Shown: positions 1-9,245, numbered from the stretch's first letter. The stretch: DNA of 64,000 nt from an uncultured bacterium (GCA_965112635.1 OZ218778.1:960001-1024000); one strand, 5' to 3'. Numbers and translations are program-made. Notes: a model not told the origin generated them from the sequence alone.

Positions 1-587
1 AAAAGGCGCCGATGTTCCTGGAAGGCACGGGAAAAGGGTGGGTCACCGCGGAGTACGGCATGCTGCCGCGTTCCACGCAGACCCGCAGTCCCCGGGAAGC
101 CAGCCGGGGCAAGGTAGGCGGCAGGACCCATGAGATCCAGCGTTTGATCGGCCGGTCTTTGCGCGCGGTCACGGACCTCAAGGCTGTGGGAGACCATACC
201 CTGGTCGTGGACTGCGACGTGCTGCAGGCGGACGGGGGCACCCGCACGGCCTCCATCACCGGTTCTTTTGTGGCCCTGTATGACGCCTTCCTGTTCATGA
301 AACAACAAGGGGTCATTAAAAAGATCCCCTTACTGGACTATGTGGCGGCCACCAGCGTGGGAATTTTGGACGGAAAAAATATTCTGGACCTGTGCTACGC
401 CGAGGACTCCAAGGCCGAGGTGGACATGAACGTGGTGATGACCGGAAAGGGGCAGTTCGTGGAGGTGCAGGGCACCGCCGAGCGGAACCCTTTCAGCGGC
501 GAGCAATTGCAGGCGCTCCTCAAGCTGGCTGGCAGCGGTATCCAGGAACTGGTCGGGGTCCAGAAAAAGCTGATCGGGGAGCTGTAA
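1..587 (+). CDS. rph: Ribonuclease PH (5' end outside window)
   Basis: Motifs [55 protein letters not shown]; frame is open from the window start. Confidence 0.96.
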   Translation, partial: KAPMFLEGTGKGWVTAEYGMLPRSTQTRSPREASRGKVGGRTHEIQRLIGRSLRAVTDLKAVGDHTLVVDCDVLQADGGTRTASITGSFVALYDAFLFMKQQGVIKKIPLLDYVAATSVGILDGKNILDLCYAEDSKAEVDMNVVMTGKGQFVEVQGTAERNPFSGEQLQALLKLAGSGIQELVGVQKKLIGEL

Positions 588-591
588 GGTC

Positions 592-1200
592 TTGAAAAAA
601 ACCGGTCTTGTCCTGGCCACCCGTAATAAGCACAAGGTCTCGGAGATCAAAGCCATCCTCAAGGGGTTTCCGGTCAAGGTCTTTACCACCCTGGATTTTC
701 CCAGGCTTAAAGAGGTTAAGGAAGACGGCAAAACCCTCGAGGCGAACTCGGCCAAAAAAGCATTGAGCGTCGCCAAACAGACCGGGATGATGGCCCTGGC
801 GGACGACACGGGGTTGTTTGTGCAGGCTTTGAAGGAAGCGCCGGGGGTCTATTCCGCCCGTTTTGCCGGGCCTGACTGCGATTACGCGAAAAACAACCAA
901 AAACTTTTAAAGCTTTTAGGAGATCTCCCCTCTTATAAAAGAAAAGCGGTGTTCAGCTGTGTCATCACCCTGGCCTTTCCAGACGGCAAGGTCAGGTCCG
1001 TAAGGGGAGACCTCAAAGGCCGGATAGCCTTTGAGGAAAAAGGGAAGAACGGGTTTGGTTATGACCCGGTTTTCGTAGTACCCAGGTACAAGAAAACTTT
1101 TAGCCAGCTGAGCACTTCATTAAAGAACAGGGTCAGCCACCGCAGCCTGGCTTTAATGAAAATGAAAAAAGTTTTGAAGAGATTGTGCTTTTCAAGATAA
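592..1200 (+). CDS. rdgB: XTP/dITP diphosphatase (RdgB/HAM1 family)
   Basis: LATRNKHK, ADDTGL, PGVYSARFAG, GFGYDPVF and SHR motifs; classic rph-rdgB synteny. Confidence 0.94.
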   Translation: MKKTGLVLATRNKHKVSEIKAILKGFPVKVFTTLDFPRLKEVKEDGKTLEANSAKKALSVAKQTGMMALADDTGLFVQALKEAPGVYSARFAGPDCDYAKNNQKLLKLLGDLPSYKRKAVFSCVITLAFPDGKVRSVRGDLKGRIAFEEKGKNGFGYDPVFVVPRYKKTFSQLSTSLKNRVSHRSLALMKMKKVLKRLCFSR

Positions 1201-1201
1201 T

Positions 1202-1299
1202 GTCGGGGCAGCACGTTGTGCGCCCCTCACCTCGGTTATTATGTTTTTTAAAGAAAGTCGGGGTCAGCACGGTGTGCGCCCCGACTCTTTGGTTATTAT
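1202..1299. repeat. Two tandem imperfect hairpin (REP-like) repeats GTCGGGG..GCAC...GTGCGCCCC..GGTTATTAT
   Basis: Copies at 1202-1242 and 1257-1299; the second folds AGTCGGGG/CCCCGACT with inner GCAC/GTGC. Confidence 0.6.
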
Positions 1300-1334
1300 C
1301 ATCATGCCTACGGCATGATAAACAATGGTAGAGT

Positions 1335-1411
1335 CGGGGCGTAGCGCAGTTGGCTAGCGCACCTGCTTTGGGATTAATGATGTGCCAGTTTAGGGCTGTC
1401 TCACCCGACTA
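1335..1411 (+). pseudogene. Disrupted tRNA-Pro (left att junction): intact 5' half plus decayed tRNA-like 3' half
   Basis: 1335-1373 matches 58791-58829 except T1350/C58806; 1374-1411 aligns without gaps to the 3' half but the anticodon stem cannot pair and the end is CTA rather than CCA. Confidence 0.85.
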
Positions 1412-1443
1412 GACAAAAATCTTTGTCCTGGACAGAGAAATAT

Positions 1444-1494
1444 AGGCCTTTGTTTGTAAGGAGATTTTGATACCTTCAAGCAGAGGCCTTTTTC
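1444..1494 (+). terminator. Probable intrinsic terminator downstream of the tRNA fragment
   Basis: AGGCCTTTGTTTG ... CAAGCAGAGGCCT stem followed by a T run. Confidence 0.55.
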
Positions 1495-1548
1495 TTTGTG
1501 ATGGGTAGTAATGGGTAGTGACGGGAAAAGATGGTAAAAAATGGAAAC

Positions 1549-1569
1549 GAATGACACGGATATGACACG
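1549..1569 (+). promoter_or_regulatory. Putative integrase arm-type sites (left)
   Basis: GAATGACACGGATATGACACG (2x ATGACACG), identical to 58698-58718. Confidence 0.7.
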
Positions 1570-1822
1570 CTAACGCACCTGACTTTATGTCATTTGCACA
1601 AGCAAAGAATTATGTAGAGAGAAAATTTATGATTATGGTGATCATAAAATGGACACCTCTTTATTTGATCCCTTACTAACCTGGAAAGGATTTACGTAAT
1701 AATTCTCTGGAATTTGGTTCATTTGGTTCTGTTGATTCATTCTTCTTGATCTATAAAGGTTTAATGAATGAATCAAACCTTGAACTAAATTTACTTGCTT
1801 ACTGCTTTGAAAAACCTCCCAT

Positions 1823-1857
1823 TTGACAAGGCCTTATTTAGGTATTACAATGTAATA
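1823..1857 (+). promoter_or_regulatory. Sigma70 promoter with overlapping palindromic operator for the higBA-like operon
   Basis: TTGACA(1823)-17 bp-TACAAT(1846); palindrome TATTACA-A-TGTAATA at 1843-1857. Confidence 0.75.
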
Positions 1858-1878
1858 GTAGGTTAGAAAGGACTATTT

Positions 1879-2214
1879 TTGGAAAATTTATATACTTTCA
1901 TTGAAACACCTATTTTCAGCAAACAGATAGACAAGATGAGAGACAAAGGGCTCCTTCTAGCTATTCAGGAGGAACTGGCAAATAACCCGGAATGTGGAAC
2001 TTTAATCAAGGGTGGAATGAGGAAGGTAAGGATTGCTTCTCCGGCCCGTAGAGAAGGTAAAAGGGGAGGTTACCGCTCTTGGTTTTTCTTCCATAGGGGC
2101 AAAGATACTTTTTACCTGTTGTTTCTTCTGGATAAGAAGGAAGCAGGGAATTTAAGCCATGATCAAGAGAATATTGTTGAGCAAGATTTGAGGGAAGTTT
2201 TAAGGCATCTATAA
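1879..2214 (+). CDS. higB: RelE/HigB-family toxin
   Basis: FIETPIF...NPECG.LIKGGMRKVR...GKRGGYR...K.E..NL pattern; toxin-first order. Confidence 0.85.
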   Translation: MENLYTFIETPIFSKQIDKMRDKGLLLAIQEELANNPECGTLIKGGMRKVRIASPARREGKRGGYRSWFFFHRGKDTFYLLFLLDKKEAGNLSHDQENIVEQDLREVLRHL

Positions 2215-2230
2215 CAGACAAGGGGGAAAT

Positions 2231-2554
2231 ATGGCTAACCGTAAGATGAGTGATAAAGATTTCAATGGATTAAGAGAAAGTATTCATCAGTTTGGTGAAA
2301 TACTTAAGGGCAAAAAGCTTGCTGGAATGAGAGCCAGTATCCATCCCAAGCCTTTGACGCCAGAGGAGATACGAAAAATCAGAACAAAGGTTCTACATGT
2401 TTCTCAAGAAGATTTTGCAGGGATTGTAGGAGAAAGCCTGAGTGCTGTTCGTATGTGGGAGCAAGGGCATCGTAATCCAAGTGGTGCTGTATCGAAGATT
2501 GTTCGGTTGCTGAAAGTACATCCAGAGCGAGCACGTGAATTAATGTTAGTTTAA
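2231..2554 (+). CDS. higA: XRE-HTH antitoxin (HigA-like)
   Basis: IRKIRTK..VSQEDFA...SLSAVRMWEQGHRNPSG; follows the toxin. Confidence 0.85.
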   Translation: MANRKMSDKDFNGLRESIHQFGEILKGKKLAGMRASIHPKPLTPEEIRKIRTKVLHVSQEDFAGIVGESLSAVRMWEQGHRNPSGAVSKIVRLLKVHPERARELMLV

Positions 2555-2647
2555 TATTTACAGTGTTACCTGTGATCTCCTTCTAATCTACAGCAGCCGG
2601 AATGCTATTTTTATTGGACTAGCGAATGTAATAGGTACCGTATTGGG

Positions 2648-2836
2648 TTAACTATCAACCTTATCTTTTTCCTGAGTACAAGAACTTTGTTCTCTCGCCA
2701 CTGTCTTACAAACTACCTCAATAAATCTAATTAACGCAGATCCACTTTTATAAGCCTCTTCCTTACTTATTTCTACTCCATAATATTTTTTATGAATTTC
2801 CTGATACTTCGCTATATCTTCATCACTTAATATCAT
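2648..2836 (-). CDS. Small hypothetical protein
   Basis: 62-aa helical ORF with ATG start filling an intergenic gap. Confidence 0.55.
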   Translation of the reverse strand: MILSDEDIAKYQEIHKKYYGVEISKEEAYKSGSALIRFIEVVCKTVAREQSSCTQEKDKVDS

Positions 2837-3001
2837 TTTTTACCTTTCTTAACCTAGTTTTAAGAACTAATTATGATTAAGGATAGCAAGTATTTCAAAA
2901 GGCCTTCATAATTATTCCGGTAGTATTCATAAAAACCCATGTTATACTTTACTTATAGAAAGTAAAACATTTACAATTATTGTAATACTAGGAGGTGGGC
3001 G

Positions 3002-3250
3002 ATGTCGGCGGTGAAAATATCCACTAAAGGACAGGTAGTCATACCGTACGGGCTTCGGGAAAAGTACGGATTTAAGCCGGGTGTCATGGTTGAAATCATG
3101 GACGGAGAAGGCAAAATAGTACTCTATCCCAAGTTCAAGGACCCGATTCAAAAAGGGCGGGGTATGCTGAAGGGAAATGACTCTTTACTGGAAGCCTTAA
3201 AAAGGTCAAGAGAGGAAGAGAAAAAGCGTGAAGAACGTTATTCTAGATAG
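3002..3250 (+). CDS. vapB: AbrB/MazE-type antitoxin (VapB)
   Basis: KISTKGQVVIP..LREKYGFKPG; RBS AGGAGG; upstream palindromes at 2948-2985. Confidence 0.88.
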   Translation: MSAVKISTKGQVVIPYGLREKYGFKPGVMVEIMDGEGKIVLYPKFKDPIQKGRGMLKGNDSLLEALKRSREEEKKREERYSR

Positions 3251-3629
3251 CTGGGCGTTGATCTCTTTTTTTGAAAATGATAAATATGCATTATTGGTTG
3301 AGCACATCCTCCAAAAAGCCAAAAACAAAGAGATACATGCCTCAATGTGTTCGGTCAATATGGGAGAGGTATATTATATCGTGGAAAACCGCAGGGGCGT
3401 TGATAGCGCCGAGGAAATGCTGGCGATTTTGGAACAATTACCCGTTGAAATAGTGCCCGCTGATTATCAGGTTTGCTTGGATGCCGCGAGAATCAAGGCG
3501 AGATACTCATTGCCGTACGCGGATTCTTTTGTTACTAGCTTGGCCAGGAGCAGAGAGGGACATATCTTGACCGGCGATCCAGATTTTAAAAAGGTAGAGC
3601 AAATCGTTAAAATCGATTGGTTAAAATAA
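3228..3629 (+). CDS. vapC: PIN-domain toxin VapC
   Basis: ILDSWA, NMGEVYY, YADSF, ILTGDPDF; overlaps the antitoxin. Confidence 0.9.
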   Translation: MKNVILDSWALISFFENDKYALLVEHILQKAKNKEIHASMCSVNMGEVYYIVENRRGVDSAEEMLAILEQLPVEIVPADYQVCLDAARIKARYSLPYADSFVTSLARSREGHILTGDPDFKKVEQIVKIDWLK

Positions 3630-3709
3630 TATCCGCCTAGGGCGCACTTCATTGTTGGTTTATGGCTACGGCCTTTTGAATATTGTTACTCCGAAGGAGG
3701 TCATGGGCG

Positions 3710-3901
3710 GTGAGTAAATTAGCGGTAAAAAAGAAATTTGATTGCATTGATATGAAAAGGAAAGCTCAGGAGAGAATTTACAGGGATACAAAAGACATGA
3801 CCCCCAAGCAGGAAATGGAATATATCCATAAAATGGCAAGAGAGGGAAGTGCGGGGAAAATATGGAGAAAATTTGAGGGGACCTCAGTTTTAAGCAAATA
3901 A
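3710..3901 (+). CDS. Small hypothetical (KKKFDCIDMKRKAQERIY), possibly an orphan TA-associated protein
   Basis: GTG start with AGGAGG RBS. Confidence 0.55.
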   Translation: MSKLAVKKKFDCIDMKRKAQERIYRDTKDMTPKQEMEYIHKMAREGSAGKIWRKFEGTSVLSK

Positions 3902-4030
3902 AGAGAATAAGAAAAAGTACCCATGGATGATTCCCTCTGATTTGTATCTAATTTCCTTACCTTTTTAACCTGGATAATTTAACCGAAGGCCTTCATAATT
4001 ACCTTTATAAACTTTAATAAAGCCTAGAGT

Positions 4031-4777
4031 GTGCTAAAGGGGGTTCTTATGCTGGATCAAGATCAAACCCTTCAAAAAGTTGGGAAATGGGTAAAAAAGA
4101 CTTTGGAGGAGAGAGGCATTGAGAAAGTAGCTAAATGGGATGGGCTTGAGTATTGGGCACAAGTGGAATTATACCGATCTTTGACATGTGGAGAGCTTAA
4201 GGGTTTTAAAGGTCTTGGTGGGGGAGAAGTCCGTTACTATACAAACTATTCGTACCGTTCTAAGGATAAAGCTGGAGTTAAAGGTGCTGATTTATTAGCC
4301 ATAAGCGAGGATGATAAAGAAGCATTATGGTTTGAGCTTAAAGATTTGATGCGCTTGAGAAATAGAATAATGGCAAACTGTGCGGGGGTGGGAAAGGATT
4401 TGATGGCATTGGCTGCTTTTCATGCCAAAAAAACTTTTGATGCACTAGAAAAACCAAATGTATTTGCAAAAAACAAGGGAACAGACGGAAGAATGATAGA
4501 TGTTAAAAATGTTTTTGAGAAAGGCAAAACTCACCATAATGGTTTGATCTTAGCCCTTCAGTACAATAAACCAGATCAAAATGGAGAAACAGTATCAGGT
4601 GAAACATGCCGTATGCTTATTCAATTAGCTTACGAAAATCAAATAAAAAATCAACATCTTGAAAAATATAATTTCCCTTCTTCGCCTAAGATGAACATTG
4701 ATTATCAAACGGGGCCATTCAATATTTTATTAGGCATTGTTGAGATTGGGGTTAATAAAGCCATCGAAGGAACTTAG
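4031..4777 (+). CDS. Putative PD-(D/E)XK nuclease-fold protein
   Basis: E.WAQVEL...GADLL...WFELK spacing typical of the restriction-endonuclease fold. Confidence 0.55.
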   Translation: MLKGVLMLDQDQTLQKVGKWVKKTLEERGIEKVAKWDGLEYWAQVELYRSLTCGELKGFKGLGGGEVRYYTNYSYRSKDKAGVKGADLLAISEDDKEALWFELKDLMRLRNRIMANCAGVGKDLMALAAFHAKKTFDALEKPNVFAKNKGTDGRMIDVKNVFEKGKTHHNGLILALQYNKPDQNGETVSGETCRMLIQLAYENQIKNQHLEKYNFPSSPKMNIDYQTGPFNILLGIVEIGVNKAIEGT

Positions 4778-4779
4778 GT

Positions 4780-6219
4780 ATGGATGAAGATATTAGTCTA
4801 AAACATCAGGAAATAGCTTCAACTAGGCTTTCTCCTTCTCGTCTTGTGCAAGCTAGCATATGCCCTCACTTTGCCTACCTAGAAAAATTCGGTAACTCAA
4901 AACTAAAGATACCTGAATCCGCTGGCAATAAACGCAGAAAAGAACAGGGTAAGGTTTGGGAATCTCAGCTTGTTTCAACTATACCTGGCATTGCTGAACC
5001 GGAATGGGACATGAAAAACCTTTCTGCTGGTTTCAAAGCCACTCTTAGCCTCATGACTCAGGGAGTTCCTCATATACATGGTGCCGTACTCATGGGCTCA
5101 GCTTTGGCAGGTATCGCGGATGTGCTCAAAAAAGTCCCTGGTCATTCTAACCTGGGGGACTATGCCTATCTGCCTATTGAGATTAAAAGCCATAAAGAGG
5201 CATCTCTTACAGATATGCTCCAAGCTACTGCTTACAGTGTTCTGTTGGAGAAAGTAATTGGAACTTTTCCTAAGCAGGCAGGCATCTGGCTAAATACAGG
5301 AAAAACTTTCTACTTTGACCCGTCTGAAAAAATAGACTATTTCAACCAAACCCGTGACCAGCTTCAGGATATCTTGGATAACAAGGTTCCGACTGAACCT
5401 ATTTGGTGCAGGATTTGTGTTAACTGTTCCTGGCTGAAGTATTGTAACCAAGCTAGAAAAGATATGGATCACCTTTCCCTTCTCCCTAGCGGTGGTAAGG
5501 GTACGGTGACAAAGTTATATGACGCAGGTATTAAGACTGTTCATCAGTTAGCTAGGATGAAATGGGATGATTTAAAAGGGAAGACTGCTATCAGCGATTC
5601 ATCTCTTGAAAAGCTATGGCTTCATGCCAAGACTAGGGTTGCTGGTAAACCTCTTATGATTAAGAAGCCTGAATTTCCTACCGGTAAGCCGATTATCTTT
5701 TACGACATCGAAACCCTTGAAGATTGCGTGATCTTACATGGGATGATTGTTTTAGATAAGGACGGTGCTAAAACCTCAAAGTTTTTCTTAGCCGAATCAC
5801 CTTCAGATGAAAAGCAGGCTTGGTATGAGTTCCTTGATTTTATGGCCTCATATAAAGACTGCGTGGTTTATACCTGGACTACCTTTGAAAATGATTACGT
5901 AGAGAAATGCTGGAAGCAGTATGGCGGTAACAAAGAAGGTTACAGTAACTTAAAAGGTGGACTTACAGATCAACTTATATGGGTTAAAGAGAGCTTCGCT
6001 TTTCCTGTGAGGAGTTATTCTATCAAAGAGGTAGCTCCTGTTTTTGGCTTCCACTGGGCAGCTGAAGATGCAGGAGGCTTGAACTGTGAGGCGTGGTACG
6101 AAGAATGGCTCGAATCACATGATGAATCATTAAAACAAAAGATTTTGGATTATAACAAGGATGATGTTGTAGCTATGGTGGTGATATATGAAGGATTGCA
6201 GAAATTAAGCCACGAATAA
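4780..6219 (+). CDS. TM0106-family RecB/Cas4-like nuclease with C-terminal RNase H-like domain
   Basis: CP..., D.LKK..Y.PIEIKS, Q.TAYS, C..C..C....C; C-terminal FYDIET...YNKDDV. Confidence 0.85.
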   Translation: MDEDISLKHQEIASTRLSPSRLVQASICPHFAYLEKFGNSKLKIPESAGNKRRKEQGKVWESQLVSTIPGIAEPEWDMKNLSAGFKATLSLMTQGVPHIHGAVLMGSALAGIADVLKKVPGHSNLGDYAYLPIEIKSHKEASLTDMLQATAYSVLLEKVIGTFPKQAGIWLNTGKTFYFDPSEKIDYFNQTRDQLQDILDNKVPTEPIWCRICVNCSWLKYCNQARKDMDHLSLLPSGGKGTVTKLYDAGIKTVHQLARMKWDDLKGKTAISDSSLEKLWLHAKTRVAGKPLMIKKPEFPTGKPIIFYDIETLEDCVILHGMIVLDKDGAKTSKFFLAESPSDEKQAWYEFLDFMASYKDCVVYTWTTFENDYVEKCWKQYGGNKEGYSNLKGGLTDQLIWVKESFAFPVRSYSIKEVAPVFGFHWAAEDAGGLNCEAWYEEWLESHDESLKQKILDYNKDDVVAMVVIYEGLQKLSHE

Positions 6220-6220
6220 C

Positions 6221-6391
6221 CTAAGGTAAATTTTGATATAGCCCTTTACACCCAGATGTACCTTTTCTTTTATCTTTACATTCGGCGGCACCGGTATTCT
6301 TACAATTTTCACATAGAATCTTTTTACATTGGCTACATTTATAAGCTGTGGTTGTATTATTTCCGCAACCTTGGCATTTATAATCAGGCAT
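6221..6391 (-). CDS. 56-aa protein with 8 Cys, putative zinc finger (absent from ORF track)
   Basis: MPDYKCQGCGNNTTTAYKCSQCKKILCENCKNTGAAECKDKRKGTSGCKGLYQNLP; AAGGAG RBS. Confidence 0.7.
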   Translation of the reverse strand: MPDYKCQGCGNNTTTAYKCSQCKKILCENCKNTGAAECKDKRKGTSGCKGLYQNLP

Positions 6392-6733
6392 TTTTTATTC
6401 TCCTTGTATTTTATTTATGATCTATTAATCTTACCACTTCGGCAAAGGACTTCATCAATTTGAAGATAAGAATGTTCATACCAGATGGAATCTTTTGAAT
6501 TCGCATATGGTTCCCAAAGGAATACCTATATAAATTGCTATGGCTTTAAGTTGGTTCGTGGGTGTCTGCCGGATTATCTCTAATAATGTAACTTTTTACT
6601 TACCGTTAGCTACTTCCTTAAAAACCACTCTTTCCTTACCCTTACTTTAGGGCTAGACTCTAAAGTTAAGCCATTCTAAGATTTTTATATATGAAGCTTT
6701 GGCTCTATTAAATTTAGCGGATCAGGAGCGTTT

Positions 6734-9244
6734 ATGCTAAGAGGTAGAACAAAAAAATTAAAAAACATAACGGTTGATACTTATGCCCATAAAGGGAAAA
6801 AACGCATAAATAATCCTCCAGTGGGGTTGGTTTCTAGCGCAACGGATAAACTAAATGGTCGGACAAAATACCAACATGATCCTCATATAGACCCTTTTTT
6901 GAGTTGGACAGGTAAAGCCGAAGGTATGAGTTTTGAAGTTCAAAACGTGAGCCTGCATATTCATGAAAGAATTGAACCGGAACGTATCATTAAGTCTTTT
7001 TTAAATCCGTTGAAACAGAATTCTCAGCTTTCTTTCTTTGATCAACCAGAAAATAATCCTCCATTGACAAAAGCTATTGATTTTTATCGACACGAGCAGG
7101 ATTGGACAAATCGTTTGATTGCTGGTGATTCTCTTCTGGTTATGAATTCACTTCTTAAAAAAGAAGGAATGGCTGGTAAAGTTCAAATGGTTTATATCGA
7201 TCCGCCCTATGGAATTAAATACAATTCGAACTTCCAGCCCTTTGTAAATAAGCGCGATGTTAAAGATGGGAATGACGCTGATATTCCTGCAGAACCTGAG
7301 ATGATTCAGGCCTTTCGTGATATATGGGAGATTGGCATACATAGCTATCTTACCTACCTTCGCGATCGGTTACTACTTGCTAAAGAACTGCTTCATGAAA
7401 GTGGAAGTTGTTTTGTACAGATAAGCGACGAGAATTTACACCATGTTAGGGAGATTTGTGATGAAATATTTGGCAAAGAAAATTTTATTGGTCTAATTTC
7501 CGTGACCAAAACGGCAGGTGGTCTCACTACAGCAAATAGAATTCCTTCAAGATTAGATTACTTAGTCTGGTACTCTAAAGAAATAGCTAAATTGAAATAT
7601 CATCAACTCTATTTTGAACGACCGGATGATATTGAATCTGGATTTAATCAACTTCTGTTGAAAAATGGGGCTGTACGTCGATTAACACTAGACGAGATTT
7701 CTAACCTAAACATAATTCCAAAGGGTTCAAAAATATTTAGATCGGATAGCCTTACAAAACCTGGGCCAGGTTCAAAATATACTATTGAATTAAATGGTCG
7801 AAAATACGACTCGGGTAATAGGTGGTGGGGATCGCCTAAAGAATCAATTCAGAAATTGATAGAAATTGGGCGGGTTAAACCTTTTGGTAATACGCTTAGA
7901 TATTTAAAATTTATTGATGATTTTCCTTTAAAACCTTTAAATAATCTTTGGGATGGGCTAGCTGGCGCAAAAGATATTATCTATGTTGTTCAAACTAATG
8001 ATGAAATAGTAAAAAGATGTCTTCTCATGACCACTGATCCTGGCGACCTTATTATTGACCCAACCTGTGGTTCTGGTACATCTGCTTATGTCGCTGAACA
8101 GTGGGGACGCAGATGGATTACTTGCGATACCTCTCGTGTTGCAATCACTCTTGCCAAACAAAGGCTTATGACTGCAAAGTTTGATTATTACGAGATTGCT
8201 CATCCAACAGAGGGTATTCGTAGCGGTTTTAAATATAAAATTGTACCTCATGTGACCCTTGCCTCTATTGCAAATAACGAACCTTCTAAAGAAGAAACTT
8301 TATATGACCAACCCTTTATTGAAAAGGGTAAGATTCGTGTAACGGGGCCTTTTACAGTTGAGGCAGTGCCGAGTCTCAGAGTAAAACCATTTGACGGACA
8401 TGAGCCAAAAATTGAGGCTGTGAGTGAACAGCTTAGCCGAATAGGTGAGACTGGTAAGCAGTCTGAATGGCGTGATGAGTTAAAATCTACTGGTATTCGT
8501 GCAATTGGTGGAAAAGTCATACAATTTACGCACCTCGAACCTATGGTAGCTACAAGATTTTTGCATGCTGAAGGCGAGATTATCGATTCAGATGGTGAAA
8601 ATAAGCGAGCATATATAAGCTTTGGTTCAGATTTTGGACCGCTAGAACAAAGACAGGTAGAAGAAGCTATAAAGGAAGCGCGGGTACTTAAGAATAAGCC
8701 ACACTTTGTAATTTTTGCAGCGTTTCATTTTGATCCTGAGGCAGCTAAGGATATTGACCAGATAAACTGGCCAGATGTAAAAATCCTTAAGGCTCAGATG
8801 AGTGTTGACCTTTTGACTAAAGACTTGCGTAAGAATCGTTCATCAAGTCACAGCTATTGGCTTATCGGACAGCCAGATGTAGAGGTGAGTAAGATGAGGG
8901 ACGAAAAATTTAAAGTAAAAGTGCATGGGTTTGATTATTACAATCCACTTACCGGTGAGATCGAATCTAAAGGCACAAAACATATTGCTATGTGGTTTTT
9001 GGATACGGATTATGATGAGAGAAGTCTTTATCCGGATCAAGTCTTCTTCCCGGAGAGTGACTCAAAACGAGGTTGGACAAGACTAGCAGATGCTTTGAAT
9101 GGAGAAATTAATGAGGATTTACTTGAAAAATTCTCTGGCGTTGAATCTCTGCCTTTTCTCGGTGGTGAAAATAAAAGGATAGCAGTTAAAATTATTGATA
9201 ATCGTGGAATTGAGTCTTTTGTGATTAAAAAATTGGAGAAATAA
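6734..9244 (+). CDS. mod: Type III RM methyltransferase (Mod-like, beta class)
   Basis: YIDPPYG catalytic motif precedes the IDPTCGSGT SAM-binding motif. Confidence 0.9.
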   Translation: MLRGRTKKLKNITVDTYAHKGKKRINNPPVGLVSSATDKLNGRTKYQHDPHIDPFLSWTGKAEGMSFEVQNVSLHIHERIEPERIIKSFLNPLKQNSQLSFFDQPENNPPLTKAIDFYRHEQDWTNRLIAGDSLLVMNSLLKKEGMAGKVQMVYIDPPYGIKYNSNFQPFVNKRDVKDGNDADIPAEPEMIQAFRDIWEIGIHSYLTYLRDRLLLAKELLHESGSCFVQISDENLHHVREICDEIFGKENFIGLISVTKTAGGLTTANRIPSRLDYLVWYSKEIAKLKYHQLYFERPDDIESGFNQLLLKNGAVRRLTLDEISNLNIIPKGSKIFRSDSLTKPGPGSKYTIELNGRKYDSGNRWWGSPKESIQKLIEIGRVKPFGNTLRYLKFIDDFPLKPLNNLWDGLAGAKDIIYVVQTNDEIVKRCLLMTTDPGDLIIDPTCGSGTSAYVAEQWGRRWITCDTSRVAITLAKQRLMTAKFDYYEIAHPTEGIRSGFKYKIVPHVTLASIANNEPSKEETLYDQPFIEKGKIRVTGPFTVEAVPSLRVKPFDGHEPKIEAVSEQLSRIGETGKQSEWRDELKSTGIRAIGGKVIQFTHLEPMVATRFLHAEGEIIDSDGENKRAYISFGSDFGPLEQRQVEEAIKEARVLKNKPHFVIFAAFHFDPEAAKDIDQINWPDVKILKAQMSVDLLTKDLRKNRSSSHSYWLIGQPDVEVSKMRDEKFKVKVHGFDYYNPLTGEIESKGTKHIAMWFLDTDYDERSLYPDQVFFPESDSKRGWTRLADALNGEINEDLLEKFSGVESLPFLGGENKRIAVKIIDNRGIESFVIKKLEK

Positions 9245-9245
9245 A

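Noticed and set aside
4780-6219. Cas4-like motifs suggesting a CRISPR-Cas locus
   Set aside because: The architecture is TM0106-type, and no cas1/cas2 or array is present in the window.
6410-6640. Possible gene remnant on the minus strand upstream of the 8-Cys gene
   Set aside because: Short broken frames with no recognisable motif.
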